Positions 39,301-49,254 of a DNA stretch of 64,000 nt are shown here, piece after piece. Origin of the DNA: Nitrospinaceae bacterium (lineage in GTDB: Bacteria > Nitrospinota > Nitrospinia > Nitrospinales > Nitrospinaceae); the NCBI GenBank assembly GCA_965237905.1, contig OZ250172.1, positions 1,792,001-1,856,000 of the forward strand. Direction: 5' to 3'. How positions within the stretch are numbered: position 1 is the first letter of the stretch; every line of letters begins with the position of its first letter. Below the pieces are notes generated by a model. The model saw only the letters and a program-made list of their open reading frames with translations. It was not told where the DNA came from and did not search any database. Both the position numbers and the translations under genes were made by a program.

Positions 39301-39982
39301 CCTGTTTTCCCTGAACTGGAAATTCGGAAAGCAGTCTTCGTGGAAAAAGAAAGGCATTACCTCAGAGCACTTGAAAAAGTTGCGGGAGGAATGGTTGAAG
39401 AAGGCCGATGCCCAACACTGGATCACTCCCAAGGCCCGGTTTGCGCTCTTGCCGGCGCAGTCGGAGGGGGACGAACTGATTATTTATAACCCGGAGAATC
39501 TTGAACAGGAGCTGGGCCGTATCCGGTGGACTGCGGTAGTTGGCAAAGGCAAAAACGGGACCAAGGACGTATTTTCCGTCGCGCAGTATTTTCATCCCAA
39601 AGCCTCCGGGATCATGGACGTTGTGGGCCTGCAGATCACCACGGCGGGCCGCAATATGGAGGAAGTGATTGCCGGGTTCAAGACCGAACATGACTCCGAG
39701 TCGGCTCTGTATCTGCAGGGGCTGGGTGATCGGGTGGCGGAGGATTTCGCCGAATATATCCACGGATTGATGGGTCAACGCACCGGCCGGAAAAAAGATC
39801 AATTGGGTCAGCGATACAGTCCGGGCTATCCCGCGCTGGTGGATTTGGCTAATAACAGAGTGATTTACGATCTATTGAAATCCGAGGACTTGGGGATTAC
39901 TTTGACCTCCGGCAACGAGTTCGATCCGCCCAGCACCACGGCGGCGGTGGTGTGTTTTCACCCGGACGCAGGCTATTTTTAA
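36356..39982 (+). CDS. metH: cobalamin-dependent methionine synthase
   Basis: LDGAMGT, GINC, GGCCGT, DVHSIGK (B12 motif) and RYSPGYP. Confidence 0.93.
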   Translation: MNFEDALKNHILILDGAMGTMVQALDVTDATFGGSLFRMLTDLLVFARPDELEDIHFQYLQAGANIIETNTFGASPLRLKEFDWAKIDTSDMHTVPEGLTLMGGHLETIAHHLNVEGCRLARKAVERYKSLPEYDGRPLFVAGSIGPSNNVLSSTQANLQKTTFDVIVDNNRVQVEGLIDGGADVLLFETQQDILELKASIIGANRAFDKKGKRLPIIAQVTVDTFSKMQIFNTDIHAAYTAVAGMGISVFGINCNVGPAEMATTVKHLSHFCKHPISIVPNAGQPVSEDGVTCYKLEPEAMGEIMEPFVKEYGVSIIGGCCGTRPDHIRVLRDKFKDAKPLQRETDPHVYISGPQEVAALDSSEGLVRIGEMLNVRGSKKVRDAVETEDGVRMEVLEEVAHAQVDDLGIEVIDVCLDSNIVETEKVLPEVIHGVTSDFKGAMCIDSFSVEALEKGLEVYPGRPIVNSISLEEYAPGVSKLDAVLKMSHEHHPIYIALVNGPEGPAITADEKYNLAAEIVKQAGEKYGVTPDQILIDINAYPIGSESQEGMNFSKEALDSLPRIKAIHPDLKTSIGVGNLTAGLGQKPYMRKVLTSVFLDEARQRGLDCAILNPNHYVPVESLPPEDVDLGRKIILDHDMDAFERLEAVAVKKKTGAVAKKHNYADLSLEESICLKIMDGYKEKTVGTLERDGWTYEYKDQIVLQAAEALDKHEPLDFISNYLMKSMRELGDGFGRGEVSLPHLLKSADVMRNVMGFLEAWMRHTSGVEPGAAIDYKGVVVIGTVYQDVHSIGKDLAKTLLDNYGYRTIDLGVQVPLEKFIETARAENADAIGLSALLVQTSNHMITIARMLKEEDYSIPVLIGGAPVNDRHAGYVAMFGQDDTGHILSNVFYCESGMDGVNTMNALMDRGQLEELLSANREKLKRNYERAKGMAENKEKLLATLDRRKVSFKKHEVMQNGYGVHKVEFKLDKLKNMIDSKSLFSLNWKFGKQSSWKKKGITSEHLKKLREEWLKKADAQHWITPKARFALLPAQSEGDELIIYNPENLEQELGRIRWTAVVGKGKNGTKDVFSVAQYFHPKASGIMDVVGLQITTAGRNMEEVIAGFKTEHDSESALYLQGLGDRVAEDFAEYIHGLMGQRTGRKKDQLGQRYSPGYPALVDLANNRVIYDLLKSEDLGITLTSGNEFDPPSTTAAVVCFHPDAGYF

Positions 39983-40176
39983 GCGAGGTTTTTTCAATTA
40001 AAAAATAAAAGTGGATTTTGCGTGTCAAAACTCGTTACCCTGATAATACCAAGCAAAACAGATGCTTAACGAGCCTCTGATATTAACGCCTATCAGGGCA
40101 AATTTTATTTTTTCGGATGGTATTGGAGTTTATAAAACAAGCAGTTGTTGTCGAGCTAAACCGTTCAAATAAAGGC

Positions 40177-40204
40177 TTGTAATATAGGTTCTGTTTGCTA
40201 GAAT
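40177..40204 (+). promoter_or_regulatory. putative sigma70 promoter of clpC
   Basis: TTGTAA-16 nt-TAGAAT with extended TG. Confidence 0.4.
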
Positions 40205-40326
40205 GATTAGTTGTGGAACCAGATTATATTTTGAACTTTTCGCCTCCCTGTGCTCGTAAGGCGCGGAGTTCATTGAAACAACAGGTTAGTCACCTTCTAT
40301 GCACCCTCTTATCGAAAGTTTAAATC

Positions 40327-42756
40327 ATGTTTAAGCGATTCACTGAAAGAGCGAGACGAGTTATTATCCTGGCGCGCGAAGAAGCAGAGCTTTACCGACA
40401 TGAGTACTTGGGCACCGAGCATATTCTGCAAGGGGTCATTAAAGATGGAGGGGGTATCGCGATTGCGCTTCTCCAGAAGTCCGGCGCTGACCTAAGTCAG
40501 ATCAAAGCCGAGCTTGAAAAGAACCTTCCCCGGAGTTCCAATTCCCTGGTGATCGGCGACATTCCCTTTACGTCGCGTGCTAAAAAGGTTCTGGAGTTTG
40601 CCGTAGAAGAAGCGCGTTCCCTGAATCATAACTACATCGGCACTGAGCATCTTCTCTTGGGTTTACTCAAGGAGAAGGAAGGCGTGGCGTGCCGGGTATT
40701 GAATAGTTTTGGAACTTATTTTGACGACGTCAAAGAGAAGCTCGTTGACATGTTCAAGGAGCCGACCGAATCGACACGTGAAACGGGCAAAACGCCGACG
40801 CTGGATGAATTCAGCCGTGACCTGACGGCGATGGCGGTGGCCGGCAAGCTGGATCCCATCATCGGCCGGAGCAAGGAAATCGAGCGGGTCATTCAGATTC
40901 TCAGCCGGCGGACGAAAAACAATCCGGTATTGATCGGCGAGCCTGGTGTGGGTAAAACCGCGATCGTTGAAGGCTTGGCCCAGTTGATCATCGAACGCGA
41001 AGTTCCCGACACACTGTTTGAAAAGCGGGTGGTTTCCCTCGATCTCGGATCATTGATCGCCGGGACCAAGTACCGCGGTCAGTTTGAAGCCCGTTTGAAG
41101 GGCATCATGAAAGAAATCATTCAGAATGAGAGCGTTATTCTGTTTATAGACGAATTGCATACGCTGGTTGGCGCGGGCGCGGCGGAAGGTTCCGTGGACG
41201 CTTCGAACATGCTGAAACCGGCATTGTCACGCGGTGAAATCCAGTGTATCGGTGCAACGACGTTGGAAGAATATCGTAAATACATTGAGAAGAACGGTGC
41301 GCTCGAAAGGCGGTTCCAGCCGGTTCTCGTCAACCCGCCGACGGTTGAAGAGACTATCGAAATTATTCGCGGATTGAAAGTACCTTACGAAGTGCACCAC
41401 AAAGCGAAAATCAGTGACGAGGCAATTATTACGGCTGTCCGGTTTGCCGACCGTTACATCAACGACCGGTTCCTGCCGGACAAGGCGATCGACGTGATCG
41501 ACGAAGCAGGTTCCCGCGTACGGTTACGAAAGTCTTCGCAGTCTCCTGAAATGAAGGAGATTCAGCGCGAAATCGATGCGTTGGTCCGCGAGAAGAAGAT
41601 CCGTATCGAAAATCAGGAGTTCGAAAAAGCGGTGGAGTTGCGCGACAACGAAGAAGAGTTGCGCTCTAAACTGGAAGGCGAAAAGGAAAAGTGGGATCAG
41701 GAAAACTCCATCAACGAACCGAGCGTCACCGAAGAGGATATCGCCGAGGTGGTATCCAGCATGACGGGGATTCCTCTGAACCGGATCGAAGAGAAAGAGT
41801 CTGCCCGCCTGCTCAATATGGCTGATGAATTGGGTCAGAAGATTGTCGGGCAGAAAGAGGCTGTGGAAGCGATCTCCAAGGCGATCCGCCGTTCCCGGTC
41901 CGGACTCAAGGATATGCGCCGTCCCATTGGGACCTTTATGTTCATGGGTCCGACAGGTGTCGGTAAAACCGAGTTGGCTGGAGCGCTGGCGGAATTCCTG
42001 TTTGGTCATCGCGATGCGCTGATCCGGCTGGATATGTCCGAATATATGGAAAAATTCAATGTTTCCCGGTTGACCGGAGCGCCTCCCGGCTATGTTGGGT
42101 ATGAAGAGGGCGGCCAGTTGACGGAAAAAGTGCGCCGCAAGCCGTACTCGGTGGTGCTGTTCGACGAAATTGAAAAGGCCAATCCCGATGTGTTCCATCT
42201 GTTGTTGCAGATCATGGACGATGGGCGCCTTACGGACAGCTATGGACGGAACATCGATTTCAAAAATACGGTGATCATCCTGACTTCCAATATCAGTTCC
42301 AAAGCGTTGGACAAGGGATCGTTGGGTTTCCACGACAACGACGCAGACATGAGTTTTGATAAAATGGAGAAGGATCTCAAGCAGGATCTCAGGAAATCCT
42401 TTAATCCGGAGTTTTTGAATCGGTTGAGCGAAATGATTGTGTTCAAGCCGTTGACGCTGGAGAACGTCACTGAAATTCTCGATATCCAGCTCAATCAACT
42501 CAACGAACAGTTGATTCAGCAAGGATTAACCCTGGATATGACGGATGAGGCCAAGAAGTGGCTGGCCGAAAAGGGGTACGACAAGAATTTCGGCGCCCGG
42601 CCGTTGAGACGAGCCATTCAGAAGCATCTGGAGGATGTTTTGTCCGATGAAATGCTGAAAGGCCGGTTCAAATCCGCTGGGGTAATTGAGGTCGGTTTGG
42701 TAGGCGAGGACCTCGTGTTTACGGAGAAATCCGGGGCGCTCAATCCAGTTCCCTAA
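40327..42756 (+). CDS. clpC: ATP-dependent Clp protease ATP-binding subunit ClpC
   Basis: Two Clp-N repeats, [11 protein letters not shown]-like M domain, GPTGVGKT and KGSLGF ClpP loop. Confidence 0.95.
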   Translation: MFKRFTERARRVIILAREEAELYRHEYLGTEHILQGVIKDGGGIAIALLQKSGADLSQIKAELEKNLPRSSNSLVIGDIPFTSRAKKVLEFAVEEARSLNHNYIGTEHLLLGLLKEKEGVACRVLNSFGTYFDDVKEKLVDMFKEPTESTRETGKTPTLDEFSRDLTAMAVAGKLDPIIGRSKEIERVIQILSRRTKNNPVLIGEPGVGKTAIVEGLAQLIIEREVPDTLFEKRVVSLDLGSLIAGTKYRGQFEARLKGIMKEIIQNESVILFIDELHTLVGAGAAEGSVDASNMLKPALSRGEIQCIGATTLEEYRKYIEKNGALERRFQPVLVNPPTVEETIEIIRGLKVPYEVHHKAKISDEAIITAVRFADRYINDRFLPDKAIDVIDEAGSRVRLRKSSQSPEMKEIQREIDALVREKKIRIENQEFEKAVELRDNEEELRSKLEGEKEKWDQENSINEPSVTEEDIAEVVSSMTGIPLNRIEEKESARLLNMADELGQKIVGQKEAVEAISKAIRRSRSGLKDMRRPIGTFMFMGPTGVGKTELAGALAEFLFGHRDALIRLDMSEYMEKFNVSRLTGAPPGYVGYEEGGQLTEKVRRKPYSVVLFDEIEKANPDVFHLLLQIMDDGRLTDSYGRNIDFKNTVIILTSNISSKALDKGSLGFHDNDADMSFDKMEKDLKQDLRKSFNPEFLNRLSEMIVFKPLTLENVTEILDIQLNQLNEQLIQQGLTLDMTDEAKKWLAEKGYDKNFGARPLRRAIQKHLEDVLSDEMLKGRFKSAGVIEVGLVGEDLVFTEKSGALNPVP

Positions 42757-42814
42757 AGGCAAGGTTTTCCGGGTCATTCTTTAGTTATTTCCATTCGAAA
42801 AAGTATTAAGTTTT

Positions 42815-45202
42815 ATGGTATTGTTTGCCGTAAAGCTTAGTACTTTTTCTTTGTCCTCATTCACCAGCTTTCCTGGGAGAAACCCCCTGTTGGCTTCGTC
42901 ATCAATATGGGATTGGTGTGTTCCTGCGCCGTTTAGGCGTGGGTGGGCATTGCTGTGCCTTCTCTTCTTTCTCATGGGACTGTTAGGTTCGCCCCTCTAT
43001 GCCCAGGACGAAGGGACAACGATCAGCGCGATCAAAATCCAGGGTAACAACCGGGTCGATTCTTCCACTATTTTCTATTACATCAAAACGGAAGTGGGGA
43101 AACCTCTTTCTCGAGCCCTCATCCGAAAAGATATCGAACAAATCTATAGCCTCGGACAGTTTACTGATATCCAGGTGAATACCCGGCCCGGCAAAGATGG
43201 CGGCGTGGTAGTGGTCTTTGTGGTCAAGGAAATTCCTTCCGTGGGAGATGTCACCTTCGTCGGAAACGACACCCTGGACACTGCGGATTTAAGAGATGTG
43301 ATTTCCATCAAACGCGGAGTCACTTTCAAAGAACACCTCGTTAACGATACCATTCAGAAATTAACAGCCCATTATCATGAAAAAGCGTTTTTTCTGGTGC
43401 AGGTAAAAGTGGATACCGCTATCAATGCCAACGGTCTGGTAGACATCACCATCAATATTGCCGAAGAGGAAAAGATAAAGATTGATGAAATCCGGTTCAT
43501 CGGCAATAAGGCTTTCGATGATGGCGATCTGAAAGATGTCATGGAGACGGAGGAAACATGGTTGTTTTCATTCATCGATGAATCCGGAATTTACAAAAAG
43601 GATGTGCTGAAAGTGGATGTCCTGCGGCTGGAAGCTTTTTATCAGGACAACGGTTATATCCGGGTGCGTGTGCATAAACCCACGATTGAGGTGAATCGCG
43701 AGGATAAGGAAATTTATATTGAAATAAAAATTGAGGAGGGTCTGCAATATAAATTCGGCAAAATTACCGTTCAAGATGTTGAGGAATTCAGCGGACAGGA
43801 CCTTCTGGTGGATCTTAAATCCCAACCGGGGGCGGTATACAATATATCACTGCTTCGGGCAGACATACTCAATGTGACTGAAAAATTTTCGGAGAAGGGT
43901 TTTGCGTATGCCGATGTTAATCCCAAAGCCGCCATTGATGACCAAACGAGGACAGTCGACCTGAATGTTCAGATCGACCCAGGACGAAAGGTTTATGTTG
44001 GGAAGATCAATGTGATCGGTAACACCCGAACCCGGGACAACGTCGTTCGCCGGGAGTTTCGTTTCAAAGAAGGTGAATTATTCAACAGTAAAAAGTTGAA
44101 GCGAAGTAAACAACGGATCAATAATCTCGGTTTTTTTGAAAACGTTAAAATTGATACCCACCGCGGAGACACGCCGGAGGTGATTGATGTCGACGCGACG
44201 GTAACCGAAAGGCCGACCGGCTCTATTTCTTTCGGAGCCGGGTTCAGTTCGGTCGATAAGGTTATTTTCAATGCTTCGATCGCCCAGGATAATATATTTG
44301 GAACCGGCCGGAAGGCAAACCTTTCCGCCGATATTTCCGCGCGTAGAAGCAATTTCAGTATTCAATTGACCGAGCCCCGCATTTTCGACAGCGATGTTTC
44401 TGGCGGAGTTAGTCTTTTCAACAGCCGGTCCAATTTCTTCAGCTTCGATACCCGCTCCCAGGGGGGCGGGCTGAGCTTTGGCAAAAACCTTTCAGAAACC
44501 GATTGGGCCGGGTTGAATTACCGTTACTCCAGAGTAAAAGTCTCTGATGTCGTCAATCCCACGCAGACACTCAAGAATGAAACCCGCAACACCAGCCGGA
44601 TCGGGGCTACATTTATCAATGATTCCCGCGATAATTTCATAAACCCTACACAGGGTTGGAGGCATGTGGTACGATTGGAGTTCGCCGGAAGTATTCTGGG
44701 CGGGGCCGATTTTTACAAGACCGGGTACGAGATCACCTATTACCGCAAGTTGATTGGCAAGCTGGTGGGCGCCGTTCATGGAGACATCAAGTTCGCAGAA
44801 GGATACAACGACGAGGAATTGCCCTCGTTTGAAAGATATTTTATGGGCGGCGCCAATTCCCTGAGAGGATTTACCATTCGCCAAGTCGGCCCCTTGACCA
44901 ATTTGGCAGATCCTCTGGGAGGAGAACAATCGCTTTTATTGAATCTGGAACTCCAGTATCCTCTTACCGAGGGGTTCCGTTTGTTCGCGTTTTATGATCG
45001 GGGCAATGTATACGGGAGTGGGGACAATATTGCTTCCACCGATACCAGTTTCAACCTGAGCAAGATGCGTGAAAGTGTGGGTGGCGGAATACGATTTTTC
45101 AGTCCCTTCGGTCCCATTTCCCTGGCCTATGGTTTTAAGCTGGACCAAAGAACGGGAGAGTCTTCCGGGGAATTTCATTTTTCAGCAGGAAATGCTTTTT
45201 AA
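42815..45202 (+). CDS. bamA: outer membrane protein assembly factor (start uncertain)
   Basis: POTRA repeats, GNTRTRDNVVRRE, LRGF, SPFGP and a C-terminal Phe. Confidence 0.95.
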   Translation: MVLFAVKLSTFSLSSFTSFPGRNPLLASSSIWDWCVPAPFRRGWALLCLLFFLMGLLGSPLYAQDEGTTISAIKIQGNNRVDSSTIFYYIKTEVGKPLSRALIRKDIEQIYSLGQFTDIQVNTRPGKDGGVVVVFVVKEIPSVGDVTFVGNDTLDTADLRDVISIKRGVTFKEHLVNDTIQKLTAHYHEKAFFLVQVKVDTAINANGLVDITINIAEEEKIKIDEIRFIGNKAFDDGDLKDVMETEETWLFSFIDESGIYKKDVLKVDVLRLEAFYQDNGYIRVRVHKPTIEVNREDKEIYIEIKIEEGLQYKFGKITVQDVEEFSGQDLLVDLKSQPGAVYNISLLRADILNVTEKFSEKGFAYADVNPKAAIDDQTRTVDLNVQIDPGRKVYVGKINVIGNTRTRDNVVRREFRFKEGELFNSKKLKRSKQRINNLGFFENVKIDTHRGDTPEVIDVDATVTERPTGSISFGAGFSSVDKVIFNASIAQDNIFGTGRKANLSADISARRSNFSIQLTEPRIFDSDVSGGVSLFNSRSNFFSFDTRSQGGGLSFGKNLSETDWAGLNYRYSRVKVSDVVNPTQTLKNETRNTSRIGATFINDSRDNFINPTQGWRHVVRLEFAGSILGGADFYKTGYEITYYRKLIGKLVGAVHGDIKFAEGYNDEELPSFERYFMGGANSLRGFTIRQVGPLTNLADPLGGEQSLLLNLELQYPLTEGFRLFAFYDRGNVYGSGDNIASTDTSFNLSKMRESVGGGIRFFSPFGPISLAYGFKLDQRTGESSGEFHFSAGNAF

Positions 45203-45230
45203 AGGTTTAACTACATAATAATGAGGTGAC

Positions 45231-45779
45231 ATGTTTTCGTTAAAGAAAAACTTGAAGAAGTATCGTGTGCTGGGATGGGCAATCTTGCTTGCGATGTTTG
45301 GGCTGATTAGTGCTGTTGCCGAAGCCACCGCTGGGGATGTCAGAATTGGTTTTGTGGATATTCAAAAAGCTATTGTCGAGACCAAACAATTTAAGAAATC
45401 CCAAATGAAGTTTAGGGTGGAGCTCCAGAAGGAAAAAGGCATCATTGATGCGCGCAAGAAAAAGGTGGAAAGCATGCTTATTGAATTAAATAAGCAGGCC
45501 AATGTTCTCAATCCATCATTAAAAAAGAAGAAAGAGGAAAGCTTTCTAAGGGAAAAAAAAGATTTTGAGCGGTACGTTCAGGATCGCGAAGAGGAATTTG
45601 CACGTAAAGAAAAAATTGCGCTCGATAAGATCTCCAAAAAAATGCTTAAGGTGTTGAAGCAATTGGGCAAGCAAAAAAAATTGACGATGGTGCTCGAAAA
45701 GAAAGCAGTTTTTTACAGCGATTCCACCCTGGAGCTGACCAGTCTGGCGACTAAAACATACGACAAGTTGTATCCCTGA
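45231..45779 (+). CDS. skp: OmpH/Skp chaperone
   Basis: Signal peptide, RIGFVD, basic coiled coil; follows bamA. Confidence 0.88.
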   Translation: MFSLKKNLKKYRVLGWAILLAMFGLISAVAEATAGDVRIGFVDIQKAIVETKQFKKSQMKFRVELQKEKGIIDARKKKVESMLIELNKQANVLNPSLKKKKEESFLREKKDFERYVQDREEEFARKEKIALDKISKKMLKVLKQLGKQKKLTMVLEKKAVFYSDSTLELTSLATKTYDKLYP

Positions 45780-45857
45780 TTTCTTCCGGCAGGCTCAGAG
45801 CCGGCGCCAGGATATCTTTTCCCCGCAAACTACAAATTGATCTATTGAGGATTCTTA

Positions 45858-46289
45858 ATGTTAGACATTAATGAAATCAAAAAAATCATTCCTCATCGAT
45901 ATCCCTTTTTGCTGGTCGACAAAATAATTGAGTGCGATGATGATTCGCAGATTGTGGGCATTAAATCCGTCACCATGAATGAACCGTTTTTCCAGGGTCA
46001 TTTTCCCGAATTCCCGGTCATGCCCGGTGTCCTGATTGTTGAGGCGATGGCGCAAGTGGCCTGCATTTTGGCGATGCGTGTTCTCAAGAAAGAGGGACAT
46101 TCTTCCGTATTTTTTACAGGCATCGATGGTGTCAAATTCCGGAAACCCGTGGTTCCCGGAGATGTGCTTCGCCTGGAATTGACCAAGACCAAACAAAGGG
46201 GCGAACTGTTTCGTTTTGATGGAAAAGCCCTGGTGGAGGAACAGGTCGTCACTCAGGGAAGCCTTCAGGCGGTTCTTGGAAAAAGTTGA
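45858..46289 (+). CDS. fabZ: 3-hydroxyacyl-ACP dehydratase
   Basis: PHRYPFLLVD, FFQGHFP and MPGVLIVEAMAQ. Confidence 0.97.
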   Translation: MLDINEIKKIIPHRYPFLLVDKIIECDDDSQIVGIKSVTMNEPFFQGHFPEFPVMPGVLIVEAMAQVACILAMRVLKKEGHSSVFFTGIDGVKFRKPVVPGDVLRLELTKTKQRGELFRFDGKALVEEQVVTQGSLQAVLGKS

Positions 46290-46418
46290 AATCTCTCCCC
46301 TTACCCGTTTAAACTTGGTAAGTAAGGTCTTGTGGCATGGCTCGGTGCCAGCATTTGCCTTCCCCATTGTTGTACAAATGGATTCCAGAAATAATATTGC
46401 AGTCAGGTGGGTCTCCTT

Positions 46419-47189
46419 GTGAATATTTCAGAAAATGCCACCATTGACCCTTCTGCGGTCTTGGGGGACAATGTAACCATCGACCCCTACACCACCATCG
46501 GGGCGGGTGTTAAAATTGGGGAAGGAACCGTAGTGGGACCGAACGTCCTGATTGACAAAGGGACGGTGATTGGAAAAAACTGCAAGATCTATCACGGTGC
46601 CTCATTGGGGGGCGATCCCCAGATCGTCGGGTTTGAAGATGTTCCTTCATTCGTTCATATTGGGAACAATACCACCATTCGCGAATTTGTTACGATTCAA
46701 CGTTCCGGTGAGGAGAACGGCGTAACCAAAATCGGCGATCATTGCATGCTGATGAATTACGTGCACGTTGCGCATGATTGTGAAATTGGCAATCATGTGG
46801 TTGTGGTGAATTCGACCGGATTGTCCGGTCATATTGTGGTTGAAGATTACGCATTTATCTCGGGTTTTGTGGCCGTCCATCAATACGCCCGCATCGGTTC
46901 CCATTCCATGATTCAGGGAATGAGCGGGATCAGCCAGGATGTTTTGCCCTATGCTCTGGTGGGAGGCTGGCCGGCAAAACTGGTGAGCCTCAATTCGGTC
47001 GGCTTGCGGCGGCGCGACTTTGGCCCCAAGGTGCGAACGGCCATCAAAAATGCCTTTAAAATTCTCAAAAATCCCGAGCTGAATACCACTCAGGCCATTG
47101 AGAAAATTGAAGGCGAAATTGAAATGAGCGATGAAATCCGATACCTTACTGACTTTGTAAGGAATTCAAAGAGAGGATTCAGTAAATAA
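46419..47189 (+). CDS. lpxA: acyl-ACP--UDP-N-acetylglucosamine acyltransferase
   Basis: Hexapeptide repeats, IREFVTI, HVAHDC and LNSVGLRRR. Confidence 0.93.
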   Translation: MNISENATIDPSAVLGDNVTIDPYTTIGAGVKIGEGTVVGPNVLIDKGTVIGKNCKIYHGASLGGDPQIVGFEDVPSFVHIGNNTTIREFVTIQRSGEENGVTKIGDHCMLMNYVHVAHDCEIGNHVVVVNSTGLSGHIVVEDYAFISGFVAVHQYARIGSHSMIQGMSGISQDVLPYALVGGWPAKLVSLNSVGLRRRDFGPKVRTAIKNAFKILKNPELNTTQAIEKIEGEIEMSDEIRYLTDFVRNSKRGFSK

Positions 47190-48161
47190 ATGAGCCGGAT
47201 TAAAGCAGGAGTATTAGGCGTCGGTAAAATGGGCGAATACCATGTGGGTATTCTGTCCGAAAACCGCGATGTGGAATTGAAGGGTATTTCCGATGCCAGC
47301 GAAGAACGCGGCCGCGTGATCAGCGAGCGGTACGACGTTCCTTATTTTAAAGATTTCAACGAAATGCTAAAGCAGGTGGACGTGGCGGTGGTTGCGGTTC
47401 CCACCAAACTCCACTATCAAATCGGCATGGAAGTTCTGAATGCCGGCATCCACGTGCTGTTGGAAAAACCCTGCTCCGATAATCTGGAACATGCCCGCGA
47501 ATTGTTCAGTCTGGCCGATTCCAAAAACCTCATCTTGCATATCGGCCATGTCGAGCGGTTCAACGGAGCCGTTCAGGAACTCCACAAACTGGTGGATGAG
47601 CCCATTCTGGTCGAGTGCAAACGGATGGGACCTTTTGTCGAGCGCATGAAAGACGACAGTGTGGTTCTGGATACCATGATCCATGATATCGATATTATTC
47701 TGAATCTTATCGACTCGAAAGTGGCTCGGATCAATGTGATGGGCAGATCGATCTTTTCGGAAAAAGACGATGTGGTCAGTGTTCAGCTGGCATTTGAAAA
47801 CGGCTGTATCGCCATTATTCTCGCTAGTCGCGCCTCTCAAAACAAGGAACGCACCCTGTCCATTACCCAGAAGGATTCCTACGTCATTTTGGATTATACC
47901 GATCAGGAAATTTACGTCCATCGACAATCTTCATCGGATTACATGCTGACCAAGGATTCACTCCGCTACAAACAGGAATCCCTGATCGAGCGAATTTTTG
48001 TGCATAAGGACAACCCGCTGAAACTGGAAATCCAGCATTTTCTCGACTGTGTTAAAAACGGAACTCCACGGAAAGTGGCGGTCGATAATGAATTGTATTC
48101 CCTGGAAATTGCCTTGGGAATTGTCGAGCAATTCTACGAGCAAAACGGAATCCCCCATTAA
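47190..48161 (+). CDS. Gfo/Idh/MocA oxidoreductase, probable GnnA (UDP-GlcNAc 3-dehydrogenase)
   Basis: GVGKMG, LEKP, GHVERFN and DTMIHDID; located between lpxA and lpxI. Confidence 0.85.
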   Translation: MSRIKAGVLGVGKMGEYHVGILSENRDVELKGISDASEERGRVISERYDVPYFKDFNEMLKQVDVAVVAVPTKLHYQIGMEVLNAGIHVLLEKPCSDNLEHARELFSLADSKNLILHIGHVERFNGAVQELHKLVDEPILVECKRMGPFVERMKDDSVVLDTMIHDIDIILNLIDSKVARINVMGRSIFSEKDDVVSVQLAFENGCIAIILASRASQNKERTLSITQKDSYVILDYTDQEIYVHRQSSSDYMLTKDSLRYKQESLIERIFVHKDNPLKLEIQHFLDCVKNGTPRKVAVDNELYSLEIALGIVEQFYEQNGIPH

Positions 48162-48267
48162 GACAGAAGTGCGATGAACCCGTTCCACCCGTGCGGACCG
48201 GCAGACAAGAGCCGGGGTTGAACTCGCTGCACTCATTTAAGAATATCTTTCCTGGTAATTTCATTTT

Positions 48268-49083
48268 ATGAACACCCTGGCTGTGCAACGTATCGGCCTG
48301 ATTGCCGGGGCCGGAGAAATCCCCGTTTACTTCGCTAAGAAAGCCCATGAGGATGGGATTCGCATCGTGTCCGTCGCTTTCACCGATGAAATAGACGCCC
48401 GCCTGAAACCTTTCGTCGAAAAAAATTATTCTATCAGTCTCGCTAAAAGCGGAAAAATTTTAAAGACCCTGGAACAGGAAAATATCAAGGATATTTTGAT
48501 CATCGGCAAAGTGGAAAAGAAAATGATTTTCAAGCCCCAGCTGTTCGATCTGGAAACCCTCAAACTGATCCTATCGTTCCGGACCCACCAGGACAAAACT
48601 GTGATGTTGAAGATCATTGAAGAAATCGAGAGCCGGGGTTTTAAGGTGCTGGACCAGATGGAGTACATGAAAGAGCTCTATCCGGGGAAAGGGGTGTTGA
48701 CCCGCCGGCAACCCTCGGAAAAGGAAATGGCGGACATCGAGTTTGGTTTTCCCATCGCCCGCCACATGGCGGATCAGGAAATCGGGCAAACCATCGTGGT
48801 CAAGAATCAAACGGTCATTGCGGTGGAAGCGGTGGAAGGTACAGATCAGACCATTGAACGGGGATGTGACCTCGGCCAGGGAGGATGTGCGGTGATCAAG
48901 GTCAGCCGGACCAATCAGGATTACCGCTTCGACAGTCCCGGCATCGGACCCCGAACCCTGGAGCGAATGATCCAGGGCAAAGCATCGGTGGTGGCGGTAG
49001 AGGCCGGGAGAATCATGATCGTGGAACGCGACAAGGTGGTGGAGCAGGCCGACCGGGCAGGCATTTCCATCGTGTGCATCTGA
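48268..49083 (+). CDS. lpxI: UDP-2,3-diacylglucosamine pyrophosphatase LpxI
   Basis: GLIAGAG, IGQT, AVEAVEGTD and QDYRFD. Confidence 0.9.
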   Translation: MNTLAVQRIGLIAGAGEIPVYFAKKAHEDGIRIVSVAFTDEIDARLKPFVEKNYSISLAKSGKILKTLEQENIKDILIIGKVEKKMIFKPQLFDLETLKLILSFRTHQDKTVMLKIIEEIESRGFKVLDQMEYMKELYPGKGVLTRRQPSEKEMADIEFGFPIARHMADQEIGQTIVVKNQTVIAVEAVEGTDQTIERGCDLGQGGCAVIKVSRTNQDYRFDSPGIGPRTLERMIQGKASVVAVEAGRIMIVERDKVVEQADRAGISIVCI

Positions 49084-49126
49084 CTGGAGTATTCGTCCGA
49101 GCCCTAAGGAAACCTTTGCACAACTG

Positions 49127-49200
49127 TGTCACCCTGAGCTTGTCGAAGGGCGGCACGGTGTCATACTTCGACAGAGCCTGACGAAGGACTCAGCATGACA
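49127..49200. repeat. palindromic interspersed element
   Basis: TGTCACCCTGAGCTTGTCGAAG...CTTCGACA...CTCAGCATGACA. Confidence 0.7.
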
Positions 49201-49254
49201 CCGATTATATATACGCATCCGTTGAAAAAAATCTTTAGCCGTTGAGGAATCCCA

